In this document: positions 28,891 to 38,723 of the stretch, one piece after another
Layout: every line of letters starts with the position of its first letter
How positions within the stretch are numbered: position 1 is the stretch's first letter
From: an uncultured Acidimicrobiia bacterium
Lineage (GTDB): Bacteria; Actinomycetota; Acidimicrobiia; Acidimicrobiales; SZUA-35
DNA: 64,000 nt
Reading direction: 5' to 3'
NCBI GenBank assembly: GCA_963781035.1
Contig: CAWAEN010000004.1
Span: 4,304 to 68,303, forward strand
Notes under the pieces: generated by a model
Databases searched by the model: none
What the model was told of the DNA's origin: nothing
The model's input: only the letters and a program-made list of their open reading frames with translations
Made by a program: the position numbers and the translations under genes

Positions 28891-29892
28891 ATGAGCACGA
28901 ACGCAACAACCGAGAGTTCGGAGTTGAAGGCCACGCTGAACCTTCAGCGCAAGGCGGCAATCACCGGCGGCGGTGCCTTTGATCACGCAGGCAAGGTCCG
29001 GGTCGAGCGCTTGGTCGACTTCGACATGAAGCGCACCATCTTCGGTGCGCTCGAAGGCGTGCCGAAGATGTTCATGACCGAGAAGCTGGCCAAGGAACCC
29101 GTCTGGAACGACGCCCCCGCCGCCGAGGTCGAAGCCGCCTACGCCGAGCTCGAAGCGGCGCAGCCGATCCCCAAGATCGACCAGCGCCTCATCGACTTCA
29201 TGGTCGAGGAGTGCGACTTCAGCATGGAACACGCCGACGGCACGTTCCTGGAGCACCTCGTCTTCTGCCACGACTACGCGGCCCGCCACTATCCCGAGCA
29301 CTCGCCCAACGTGGCCCTGCTGCACTCGATCCTCGGCACGGCCACCAACACCTTCGCCATGGACGCAGCGAAGATCCCGAAGCTGAAAGCGCTACTCACC
29401 GACTTCGAAGCACTGCACGTCGAGAGCTTCCCTTCCGTGCTCCGGCTCTTCTACAACGGCGACTTCCTCGACGAACTCGAAGCCAACCTGCACCGGCTCG
29501 ACCAGCTCGAAGCGCTGCACCTCCATCGTGTGATCGACAACGAGCCGCTCACGATCGACGCCGAGAACTTGTGGATCAACCTCAACTTCCACCTGATGCA
29601 CTTCGTCGACTTCATGCCGTCGGCCAACTGGTCATCCCAACGGGCCGATCCGCTCATGCAGATGTTCCACCGCCTCTCTGACCTGCTCGACCGCGCCGGC
29701 AAACGCGAGGCGGCGGTCACCGTCTCCTTCCCGACCGACAAGGTGGCGCCGATCGACGAAGAGCGCACCCTGGTCGGTCGCATCATCGGGCTGTTGCCCG
29801 CGTCGATCACGATGAAGCTGGCGAAGAAGTCGATCCAGGAGTACTCCGCCGAGGCCGGCCACGACCTGTCCTACCGCCTCACCTGGACCTAG
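28891..29892 (+). CDS. hypothetical protein (333 aa)
   Basis: Intact ORF with GAGGGGA upstream and well-balanced composition (MEHADGTFLEHLVFCHDYAARHYPEHSPNVALLHSILGTATN...). No family recognised. Confidence 0.7.
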   Translation: MSTNATTESSELKATLNLQRKAAITGGGAFDHAGKVRVERLVDFDMKRTIFGALEGVPKMFMTEKLAKEPVWNDAPAAEVEAAYAELEAAQPIPKIDQRLIDFMVEECDFSMEHADGTFLEHLVFCHDYAARHYPEHSPNVALLHSILGTATNTFAMDAAKIPKLKALLTDFEALHVESFPSVLRLFYNGDFLDELEANLHRLDQLEALHLHRVIDNEPLTIDAENLWINLNFHLMHFVDFMPSANWSSQRADPLMQMFHRLSDLLDRAGKREAAVTVSFPTDKVAPIDEERTLVGRIIGLLPASITMKLAKKSIQEYSAEAGHDLSYRLTWT

Positions 29893-29913
29893 CATTCCGT
29901 CTGGCCTGACACG

Positions 29914-31628
29914 GTGCCGATCGTTACCTTTGGCGACGTGCCAACGATTCATTACGACCGATATCCGGACTTCGACGAGCTCACCGGCTGGTTGGAGAGC
30001 TTCGCATCCGACCACCCCGACCTCGTCCGCCTCAGCTCGATCGGTTCGTCGTACGAAGGCCGCGACCTCTGGCTGTTGACGATCACGAACCACGCCGTTG
30101 GCGAAGCGTCGGAGAAGCCGGCGATCTGGATCGACGGCAACATCCACGCCACCGAAGTCACCGCAACGATGGCGATCGTCCATCTCGTCGACCAGCTCAC
30201 CAGCGGCTTCGGCACCGATGCCGACATCACCCGAGCACTCGACACCCGCACCTTCTACCTCGTCCCGCGAGTCAACCCGGACGGGGCTGAGCTGGCCGTT
30301 GCCGAGGTCCCGAGGCCGGTGCGGGGCAGCGTGCACGCATGGCCGCGAACCGAACAGCTCGACGGCCTCGTGGCCGAGGACATCGACAAGGACGGTCGAA
30401 TCCTGCAGATGCGCGTCGAGGATTCGAACGGTGCATGGAAGCCGTACCCCAACGACCCCCGGCTGCTGATCGCTCGCGAGCCGGACGAGGAGGCGACGGC
30501 CCGTACTACCGACTCCTGGGTGAGGGGATGATCCAGAACTACGACGGCGTGCTCGTGCCGTCCGCCCCGCTCCTCGAAGGCATCGACCCGAACCGCCAGT
30601 TCCCCTACAACTGGGAGCGCAAGGTCGAGGGGCCCTGGGATGCCGGCGAGTTCCCCGGCAGCGAACCCGAGATCGGCGCCCTGCTCGCCGCCATCACCGA
30701 ACGCAAGAACATCTGCGCCTACTTCGCCTATCACACCTTCGCCGGTGTCCACATCCGTGCCTACAGCGATCAGCCGGACGAGTCGATGGCGGCCGACGAC
30801 CTCTGGACCTACGACGTCCTCGGTCAGATGGCGACCGACCTCACCGGCTACCCGACCATCTCGGGCTATCACGATTTCCGCTACCACCCGAAGAGCGTCA
30901 TCCACGGTGTCGGCACCGACTGGGCCTTCGACCATCTCGGCGTCTACGGATGGACGACGGAGTTCTGGAACGTCCTGGGCGCCGCCGGACTCGACGACGC
31001 CGATCCGCTCGAGTGGTACCGAACGCACAGCCTCGACGACGAACTCCAACTCCTTGCCTGGGTCGACGACAACGTGCCCGCCGGCTACGTCGATTGGTAC
31101 GAGTACGACCATCCCCAACTCGGTCGGGTCGAACTCGGTGGCTGGCACAGCGAGCTGGTCTTCAGGAACCCGCCGCCTGCGCTGCTTGCTGACGAGATCC
31201 GCCCTCATTCGGCCCTGGCGGTGCGTATTGCGCTCTCCTCGCCGATGCTTCGGCACCGCGACACGCTCGTCGAGTCGGTCGGCGATGACACGTGGCGGGT
31301 TCGGGTCGTGGTCGAGAACGCCGGCTGGATGAAGACCGCCGTCACCCAACGAGGCCTCGACAGCGGCTACGTGCAACCGCTCGTCGGCACGATCACGCTG
31401 CCAGAAGGAGCATCACTGGTCACGGGCAGTGAACGCGTCGACCTCGGCCAACTCGCCGGTCGGGCGCTGAAGCAGAACGCGGTTCGCTCGTTCGCCCGCA
31501 GCTCGGATGGCACCGAAGATCGCGCCGTCGCCGAGTGGATCGTTCGAGCCCCCTCCGGCACCACATGCCCGGTCGAGATCGCCCACGACCGAGCGGGCGT
31601 GGTCCGCGTCGACGTACCGCTCGCCTGA
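29914..31628 (+). CDS. M14-family zinc carboxypeptidase-like protein; frame broken once near 30490-30500
   Basis: ORF 29914..30531 gives SYEGRDLWLLTITN...PAIWIDGNIHATEV (HxxE zinc site) and FYLVPRVNPDG. The protein continues in ORF 30339..31628 (GPYYRLLGEG...DPNRQFPYNW...GSEPEIGAL...YFAYHTFAG...TTEFW). Confidence 0.8.
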
Positions 31629-31652
31629 ACACGGACGAGGCAGAGAACCGGC

Positions 31653-32837
31653 TCAGGCCGGGAGGCCGGCCGGCATCGAAGCACCCATCAGGTCGACCAT
31701 GTTGAGCGAGTAGAAGCGCTCGAGCTCTTCGTCTGTGCAGCCCTCCAGCGACTCGCCGAAACGCTTCAGCGGATTCCGGCCGCCCTCGACGTGGGGATAG
31801 TCGGAGGAGAACAAACAGATCTCGGGCCCCGAGTTCTTGACGATCCAGCCCGTGTCCTCGTGGGGATACGGCGTGACCCGGACTTGCCGACGAACGATCT
31901 CGCTCGGTGTCGCCGACAGCGATTGCAGCCGCTCCTCGTTCTTGAAGAACGCCCGGTAGGCGGAGTCCATGTAGCGCATCCAGCCCGGCAGCCAGCTGGC
32001 TCCCTGCTCGATGATGCCGAGCCGGAGGTTCTCGTGACGGTCGAACACGCCGTCGAAGATCATCGTCGCCGTCGTCTGCATCGGGTTGGTGGGAATCGCC
32101 ATGTAATCGATCGACCGGAAGTTCTCGGCGCCACCGTGGAAGTCCGGCACCTCGGGCAAGCCGTTGACGAAGTAGCTCGGCGACAGGAGCTGGCCGCCGC
32201 CACCGACGTGCATCACGATCGGCACCCCCGCCTCGGCCGCTGATGCCCAGACGGGATCCAGATCGACGTGGCTCGGTGAATGGGTTCGTGGACACGCCGA
32301 CGCAATCAGCAACGCGTTCGCACCGTCGGCGATCGCCTGTCGAGCCGTGGCCAGGGCCCGGGCCGGGTCGGCCAGCGGTACGTAACAGACGCTCAACAAC
32401 CGCTCGTCGACCGAGCAGAAGTCGAGCATGCCCCGGTTGTGGGCGTCGGCCATCGCGTAGGTGAAGTCATGATCCAGGCCGTGCTCGGCGGCCTGCAGCA
32501 CTCCACTCGCCCACGTGTTGTAGACGAACTGGCTGGCAAACCCGAGCTGGTCCAGCGCTTGCGAACGATGATCGCGCTCGAAGGAACCGACCGCGTCGTA
32601 GTTCTTGCGCAACATCAGTTGCGACTCGTCGGCCCGGTAGTCGGGGTCCATGTGCAGCGGGCAGGTGGCAGCGCGCCAGTCGACCGGGGGTGCACCCTCG
32701 GGCGCTCCGATCGCTGAAGTGCCGAGTAGCGGCATCCGATCTCGCCACTCGGCGGTGGCGTGTTCCTGCAACCAGTCACGGGGTTCCATGATGTGGCTGT
32801 CGGCGTCGTGGAAGATGCGTCCCGATGCATACGGCAT
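31653..32837 (-). CDS. amidohydrolase-2 (ACMSD-like) metal-dependent hydrolase
   Basis: ORF 31653..32948 read from ATG at 32837. Motifs are MPYASGRIFHDADSHIMEP, VPIVMHVGGGG and LFSSDYPHVEG. Confidence 0.8.
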   Translation of the reverse strand: MPYASGRIFHDADSHIMEPRDWLQEHATAEWRDRMPLLGTSAIGAPEGAPPVDWRAATCPLHMDPDYRADESQLMLRKNYDAVGSFERDHRSQALDQLGFASQFVYNTWASGVLQAAEHGLDHDFTYAMADAHNRGMLDFCSVDERLLSVCYVPLADPARALATARQAIADGANALLIASACPRTHSPSHVDLDPVWASAAEAGVPIVMHVGGGGQLLSPSYFVNGLPEVPDFHGGAENFRSIDYMAIPTNPMQTTATMIFDGVFDRHENLRLGIIEQGASWLPGWMRYMDSAYRAFFKNEERLQSLSATPSEIVRRQVRVTPYPHEDTGWIVKNSGPEICLFSSDYPHVEGGRNPLKRFGESLEGCTDEELERFYSLNMVDLMGASMPAGLPA

Positions 32838-32937
32838 GCGATCACGCTCCCAGAGCCAGGTGGTGTTGCGCAAGATCGGTCGTGAGCAAGGTCGGTAATG
32901 AGCAGGGTCGTTGTTCTTGTCACACCGTGCGATGAGA

Positions 32938-33282
32938 ATGTCTGACATGGCATTCGGACAGCAGTCTGGTCACCCGGCCACAGGTCGACAGGTCAACGAG
33001 CTCCTCGAGCTGTTGAACCAGGCGGGGCACACCGACTTTCGCGACGCCCGAGGCCCGATGGGGTTCACGCAGCGTCAGGCCGGCGGCAAGTTCACCGCCG
33101 ACGAGGCGACGGCCTTCATCGACCAACTCAACGAGGAGCTCTTCGGGCCAGGCGACCAGCCTGCTCCGGCTGCCACGCCCGTGGCCAAGCTGACCGCAGC
33201 CGAGCGTGCGGTCCGAGAGATCCCCGACGCGACACTGGCCGCCGAGCTGCAACGCCGCGGCTGGATCGTGGTCGAGCCGTAG
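32938..33282 (+). CDS. hypothetical small protein
   Basis: ORF 32911..33282 read from ATG at 32938 (or 32947): GRQVNELLELLNQAGHTDFRDARGPMGFTQRQAGGKFTADEATAFIDQLNEE. Confidence 0.5.
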   Translation: MSDMAFGQQSGHPATGRQVNELLELLNQAGHTDFRDARGPMGFTQRQAGGKFTADEATAFIDQLNEELFGPGDQPAPAATPVAKLTAAERAVREIPDATLAAELQRRGWIVVEP

Positions 33283-33341
33283 TTCACAGTCATGACCAGT
33301 TCTGTACCAGCACACCCCGCTCTCCGCCGCTGACTCCCGGA

Positions 33342-34917
33342 CTACTCCATGAAGGCGTCGTCGAGTTCGCCCTCAGAAGCGGCATCGTGTTCTACCGGGT
33401 CCACATCGGGCTGGTCCATCGGATCGATGTAGATCATCTCCTCGGCATCCGCGATGTCGAACTGCGGTTCGGTGTAGTCCTCGCCGTAGTCGACCCCGTC
33501 GTACTCGGTCGTCTCGTCGTCACCGTTCTCGGGCATGTCGGCGTACTGAACCTCCCCGGTGCGCTCCGCCTCGGCACCGATCCCGAAATGCGTGTCGGCG
33601 ATCTCGGGATCCATGGTCGGACTGGTCGGGGCCGGAGCGCTGTCGGGGTCGTAGTCCTCGGTCTCGGTTTCCGTTGCAGGCTCATCCTTGAACCAGCTGG
33701 CGACCCAGTCCAACCAGCCTCCGTCCCCGTAGTAGTCCTCCTCGGCATCCTGCTCTTCCTTCGCCGCCTCTCCGCGCCGCGGCCTCGACTCGTTCCTCGC
33801 CCATGGTCGTGCGGTCCGGGTCTACCTCTCCCTCCTTGAGCTTCACATAGCCATCAATCGGGTCCCACTTGTATCCTTTGACGGGGTTGGCATTTGTCAT
33901 GCCCTCGCTGGGGCCGTCGCCCGTCTCGTTGCCGCTCAGGTCGTACTCGCCCGGTACCTCCTCGCCAGTGGCTACCGGATCGTCCAGCGGGTTCTCGAAC
34001 GGGTCGTCGCCGAGATCGTCGAGTATCCCCTGTTCGTGTTCGCTCAGGTTGCCGGTCTCGGTCCGCCCGTCGAGGTCCGGGGCGATGTCGAACGGATCAT
34101 CGGTGGACTCATCGTCCGAGCCGTGGGCCATCCCGAGATCGATGCCGGGTGAGATGTCGGCGGCGGTGCTGGGACCTCCGCCCGGGCCCTCGTCCTCATC
34201 ATCGGACGGCTGCGGTTCCTCGTCGGTCGGGAGGAGGTCCTGATGGTGCTCTGTGGCCATACCCCCGCCGACTCCGGGGTCGTCGTTGAAGCCGTCGGGC
34301 CGCTCCGGCGCGAGGTCGACCTCGACCTCCTCCTGCACCACGGCATCCGTGATGTCCATCGTGTCAGTGTCTGCCTCGGCATTCGCAGCGTCGCCCCGTC
34401 TGGTGTCGGCGGTCAGCACTTCGTCATCGAGGGCAATCGGATCGACGTCGGCCGCTTCCTCTCGCGGGCTCGGTTCGGGGGCCTGCGGCCTCGGAGCGGC
34501 ATCAGCGGTCGGAACGTCCGGTGCCGGTGCGGCGGCCGATGGCTCGTCATCCTGCTCCGGAGGTCGGGCCCCTCCCTCCAAGGGCCCGACCTCTGCCGGT
34601 GTTTCGGCTTGGACCGGTCGCTCGTCGGTCAAGTCGACCACTGCGTCCGGCTGGTCACCCGGCGCATCGTCCTCGACGCGCTGTTCGTCGCGCCGAGGGA
34701 TCTCCGCGGCCTCGTCCTCGACGATCGGGATCGGCTCGGCCGGTGGTTCGCCACTGCCCTCGTCGACCTCGAATGGGAACTCCCGGATTTCGGCTTCGGC
34801 GACCGGTTCCGCTGTCCGGACGGTCGGTGTCTCGGACAAGCCGGGTCGGCTTGCGGGCCGTTCGCCGCTCCCGCCGTCGCGCTCGGCGGCAATCGTTGGT
34901 GTCGTTCTGTCAGCCAC
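33342..34917 (-). CDS. hyper-acidic (D/E/P-rich) ~524-aa protein of unknown function; frame broken once near 33765-33785
   Basis: GTG at 34917 with GGAGGG 8 nt upstream, within ORF 33682..35175: VADRTTPTIAAERDGG... Long D/E-rich low-complexity stretches surround ordered patches (NPVKGYKWDPIDGYVKLKEGE). It continues as EEDYYGDGGWLDWVASWFKDE... into ORF 33342..33713. Confidence 0.6.
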
Positions 34918-34975
34918 TGCTCTTTCCCTCCATCGTTGCGGTGGGAGCAGCCTGACGAAGACGACTAACGGTTCA

Positions 34976-37865
34976 CTAACGAGACACCGAGAGCACCTCG
35001 ACGAGCCCCGCCAAGCCATTGATCGCGCCGTCGGACCGAAGCGCGGCCCACCGGTCGGGATCGAGCACCGTCGAGGCCGTGGCTTCGGCAGCCGATGCGA
35101 TTCGTTCCGACTCCGCCGGGAGGTACATCCCTGTTGCTGCGCACACGCCGCGCAACCATCCCGTGATCCTTGCAACGTTCTCCCAGCGACCCTCGCCGGC
35201 CTCGACCGATGCCATCACCGGCGCGGCCACCATCATCGGGTTGCCGTCGAATCGGGTACTCGCTCGCCGCATCGCGCCCAGTGCGTCCTGACGAGCCGCA
35301 TCGCTGCGCCCGGTCGCCAGATGGATTGCGGAGCGAATAGCCATGGCTTGGGCAGCGCTGCGGTCGTTCTCCCAGTCGTCGATCAAGTCGATCGATTGTT
35401 GACACAGGAGTGCCCCAGACTCGGGCGATCCCTGGTACGCGAGCATCAGGCCCCGACCTCGGATTGCTCTGCCCTGCAGGAAAAGATCACCGGCGGCCGC
35501 CGCGGCTCGTTCCTGTTGGAGGAATCGTTCGATCGCGACCTGATACTCGCCGCCGAACCATCCCGAGTAGGCAGCAACGTCAAGGGCGATCGCTCGTTGC
35601 ATCCCGCCGACCGAATTCGACTCCAGGGCGGACGTGACCCGTTCCTCCACGCCGTCGAGGTCACCTCGAGCCACCAGTTGAGCAGCTTCGAGCAACTCCA
35701 GGCCGGGCATGCCGATTGAACGGAGCACGCCGATCGCTTCCTCCAGGATCACGTCGAGCTGTCGAAACTCTCCGCTGCTGAACGACATCAGACCGGCGGC
35801 GGCCAACGTCACACCTCGCCAGAACGGATCCACGTCGGGATACAGATCGATGGCGGTCTGCATTCGGGCCTGAGCCTCGCGAAGCCTCCCGGCTCGGTAC
35901 CAGTAGGAACCGATGTTGGTGACGAGCTGATGGTGGGTCGGTCCGTCGGACGCCGTGTTCTCCAGATGGTCGAGTGCCCGCCCGATCTCGTCGGCGAGGT
36001 CGGCGATGGTGAGGGTGGCGTCAGGCCGGGGACCCCGACTGGCGGCTGCGGCATGGGCGACCGTGGCGACGTGGCGGTCGCGCCATTCATCGGAGTCGCC
36101 CGCTCGTCTTGTCACACGGCGGGCGTGGGACCGGACCGTTTCGAGGAGACCGAAGACAGTCTCCGGCCTCCCGTTGCAGTTCGAGATCCCTGTCGTGGCG
36201 AGCGAACGATCGACGAGGTCGGAGACGGCACGAGCCACTGCCTCGGCGTTGTGATCGTCGGACAGGATTCGTTGCATCGCCCCAATCGGAACCGGACCGG
36301 CGAAAACGCCGAGCGCGAGCAGGGCGTCGCGGGAAGCGGGTGAGAGCGCCCGAACGCTCCGATCGAGCGCGGCGTCCAGCGATCGTTGTTGGGGTGCCAG
36401 ATCCACAGGGCCGTCGAGGTCGCGCTCCACGACGAGGTCGCGCAACAGTCCGACGGGACCCGCCGACCGCAGTCGGTAGGCGCCGAGTTCGAGGGCGAGG
36501 GGAAGCCCGTCGAGCAACCGGCAGATCTCGGCGATCGGTGCGGCGTCCGCCGAGTCGAATGCCGAACCGGAGCGGTCGATCAACAACCGACAGGCCGGCG
36601 CGGCGAGGACCTCTTCGGCCGTCGCATCCGGTGCCGGTAGCTCCAGCGGCGCAAGCCGGAAGCTGCGTTCGATCGACAGACCCAGGAGTCGACGACTCGT
36701 CGCCAATACCGAGACCATCGGCGAGTCGAGCACAGCCCGGACGACCTCGTTGACTCCTTCGACGAGTTCTTCGCAGTTGTCGAGCACGAGCAGGGTCGGT
36801 TCCAGTCGGAGCGCCGAGGCCAGCGCCATCAGCGTGGGGGTGCCGGGCTCCTCCAAGAGCCCGATGGCGTCAGCGACGGCACGCGCCACTCGTGCGTCGT
36901 CGGCCACGGTCGTCAGATCGATGAAGAACGTGCGTCGCCGGTCGGCCCGCTGGACCACGGCCCGGGCCAGTGTCGTCTTCCCGGCCCCTGCTGCTCCTAC
37001 GACGGTCACGAGTTGCTGCGTGGCAACGAGTTCTCGAAGCTGATCGATCTCCGAGGCCGGCCGATCAGCTCTGGACCATCGCTGGCCGCCATCCTGGGGT
37101 TCGTTGCGCCGACGGGCGCCCGGAAGAGCGTCGGATCGTGCTCGAGGATCGATCGCTCCAGCGTCCGCAGCCGGACCGTCGGCTCCAGACCCAGCTCGCC
37201 TCGGAGGCGCTTGCGGATGGCCTCGTACACTGCCAGCGCCTCGGCCTGTCGTCCCTGGCGGGCCAGGGCCAGCATGAGGAGGCCGGCCAAGCGTTCCTCG
37301 AATGGCCGGCGAGCCAGCTCGAGCTGCAACGACGTCGCAACGAGATCCGCTTCGCCTCGTTCGATGGCGGCCACCGCGTGTCGGGCGATGACGGCCAGGC
37401 GCCGGTCCTCGAGGAGTGTGACGATCGGTCTTGCCCATGACGCACCCTCGAACTCAGCGAGAATCGGCGGAGTCCATTTCGCCTCCAGCGCATCCAGGCT
37501 GCTGTCGGACGGGTCATCGAGCGCGACGTCGATCGTGCGGCGAAGGACGTCGAGATCGAGCTCGTCCTCCGAGATGTCGAGGCTGTACCCGCCGCCCTTG
37601 GTCAGCAGATGTCGGCTCTTCGCTCTCGGCGCCCTGTCCGGCTCCATGAGCTTGCGAAGCTGCGAGATGGTCACCTGCAATGACGTCTCGGCCGAGCTCG
37701 GAGGACCCTCGGGCCAGATCAGGTCGAGGAGCCGAGCGGTGGGGACGACCGGCCCCGGTTGGCAGCCAGAATGGCGAGGACGAGTCGGTGGCGCGGCGAT
37801 GTGAGCGACTTCACCACACCGGTGTCGTCTTGCGGCACGATCGTGCCTAGGACTCGAATAAGCAT
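34976..37865 (-). CDS. AfsR-like regulator: SARP winged-helix + BTAD + NB-ARC (STAND) ATPase + TPR; 2 frame breaks (about 37750-37760 and 37050-37065)
   Basis: ATG at 37865 is in a frame missing from the ORF track: MLIRVLGTIVPQDDTGVVKSLTSPRHRLVLAILAANRG. Next comes ORF 37006..38103 (VVPTARLLDLIWPEGPPSSAETSLQVTISQLRKL...; BTAD: LEDRRLAVIARHAVAAIERGE...ALAVYEAIRKRLRGELGLEP). Then ORF 34976..37438 (EIDQLRELVATQQLVTVVGAAGAGKTTLA, LLVLDNCE, then TPR-like helices). Confidence 0.8.
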
Positions 37866-37887
37866 CCAGGCCGGACACTACTGCCGA

Positions 37888-38085
37888 ATGAGGAAGCCGC
37901 CGAGGCCCTCCTGGCGCAGCGAGGCTCCGCTCCACGCAGAACTCGAAATCACCGAAGACGAGGAGCGTCGTGTCGAGATCGAGGCCAAACTCTCCGCCAT
38001 CTTGGAGCAGTGGGAGCTGGACCGTGGCATCGGCCGTGCGTCCGGACCCGCTGGGGTCCTGTGCGCCGACGAGCTCGTCAGGTGA
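37888..38085 (+). CDS. possible small ORF (65 aa), uncertain
   Basis: Tail of ORF 37759..38085, from ATG at 37888. It has by far the highest third-position G+C of the six frames here (AELEITEDEERRVEIEAKLSAILEQWELDRGIG). However, it starts only 22 bp from the divergent AfsR-like start and has no clear RBS. Confidence 0.3.
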   Translation: MRKPPRPSWRSEAPLHAELEITEDEERRVEIEAKLSAILEQWELDRGIGRASGPAGVLCADELVR

Positions 38086-38425
38086 TGGCAGTGACCCACG
38101 CACCGAGCATCATCGTCGCTCCGAGTTGGCCGGCGAACATGAGCCGCATGTTGGTGACCATCTCGGTACGAAGCCCGGCGATGTCAGATCGAACCTCACC
38201 CCGAAGTTCGGCGAACTCGCCTCGGAGTCCAGCGAACTCGCCTCGGAGCTGTCCGTGGTCGCCGAGGAGTTCGGACCGCAGAGCTTCGAGGTCTCGTTTG
38301 GTGGCGAGTTGTGCGTAATCGATGGGTGGCATGGCTTCCATGGCGATGTCGGCGAAGCGCTTGTTGCTGAAGACCTTCTCGAGTTCCTGACGGAGATCGA
38401 GTCGATCCTTTTCGTTGGTGCTCAT
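38078..38425 (-). CDS. coiled-coil protein with a C-terminal TM anchor (DUF1640-like)
   Basis: Last 115 aa of ORF 38078..38629, from ATG at 38425 with AAGGAG upstream: LRSELLGDHGQLRGEFAGLRGEFAELRGEVRSDIAGLRTEM...FAGQLGATMMLGAWVTAIT. Confidence 0.7.
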   Translation of the reverse strand: MSTNEKDRLDLRQELEKVFSNKRFADIAMEAMPPIDYAQLATKRDLEALRSELLGDHGQLRGEFAGLRGEFAELRGEVRSDIAGLRTEMVTNMRLMFAGQLGATMMLGAWVTAIT

Positions 38426-38723
38426 GATCGGTGCTCCTTCGAGTCCTGGCAAGTGGCGGGAGCACCAGCTCCGATGAAGCGACCGTAGCGATGGCGTGTG
38501 ACAGACGGTCACACCGGTTGAGCGAGTCGGCCCAGTTCGCCGGCTACCGCGCCGATCCGCGACTGATGGTCGGTTCAGCCGTGAGGCGAACAGGCGATCA
38601 CGGCGAGCAGCGACACCGGTCTTGCCCATCAGGACCGTGAGGCGGAACGGTCAGCGAGCTGACGAGTGAGCTCGGCGGATGGCTCGAGAGTCGAGCGCGG
38701 AGCTCGTCTGAAGACGGCGACGG

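Noticed and set aside
37866-38103. An N-terminal extension of ORF 37006..38103 (MRGSLPSPDELVG...) as the start of the AfsR-like gene.
   Set aside because: A different frame starting at ATG 37865 gives the canonical SARP N-terminus MLIRVLG...SPRHRLVLAILAANRG. The extension has poor third-position G+C.
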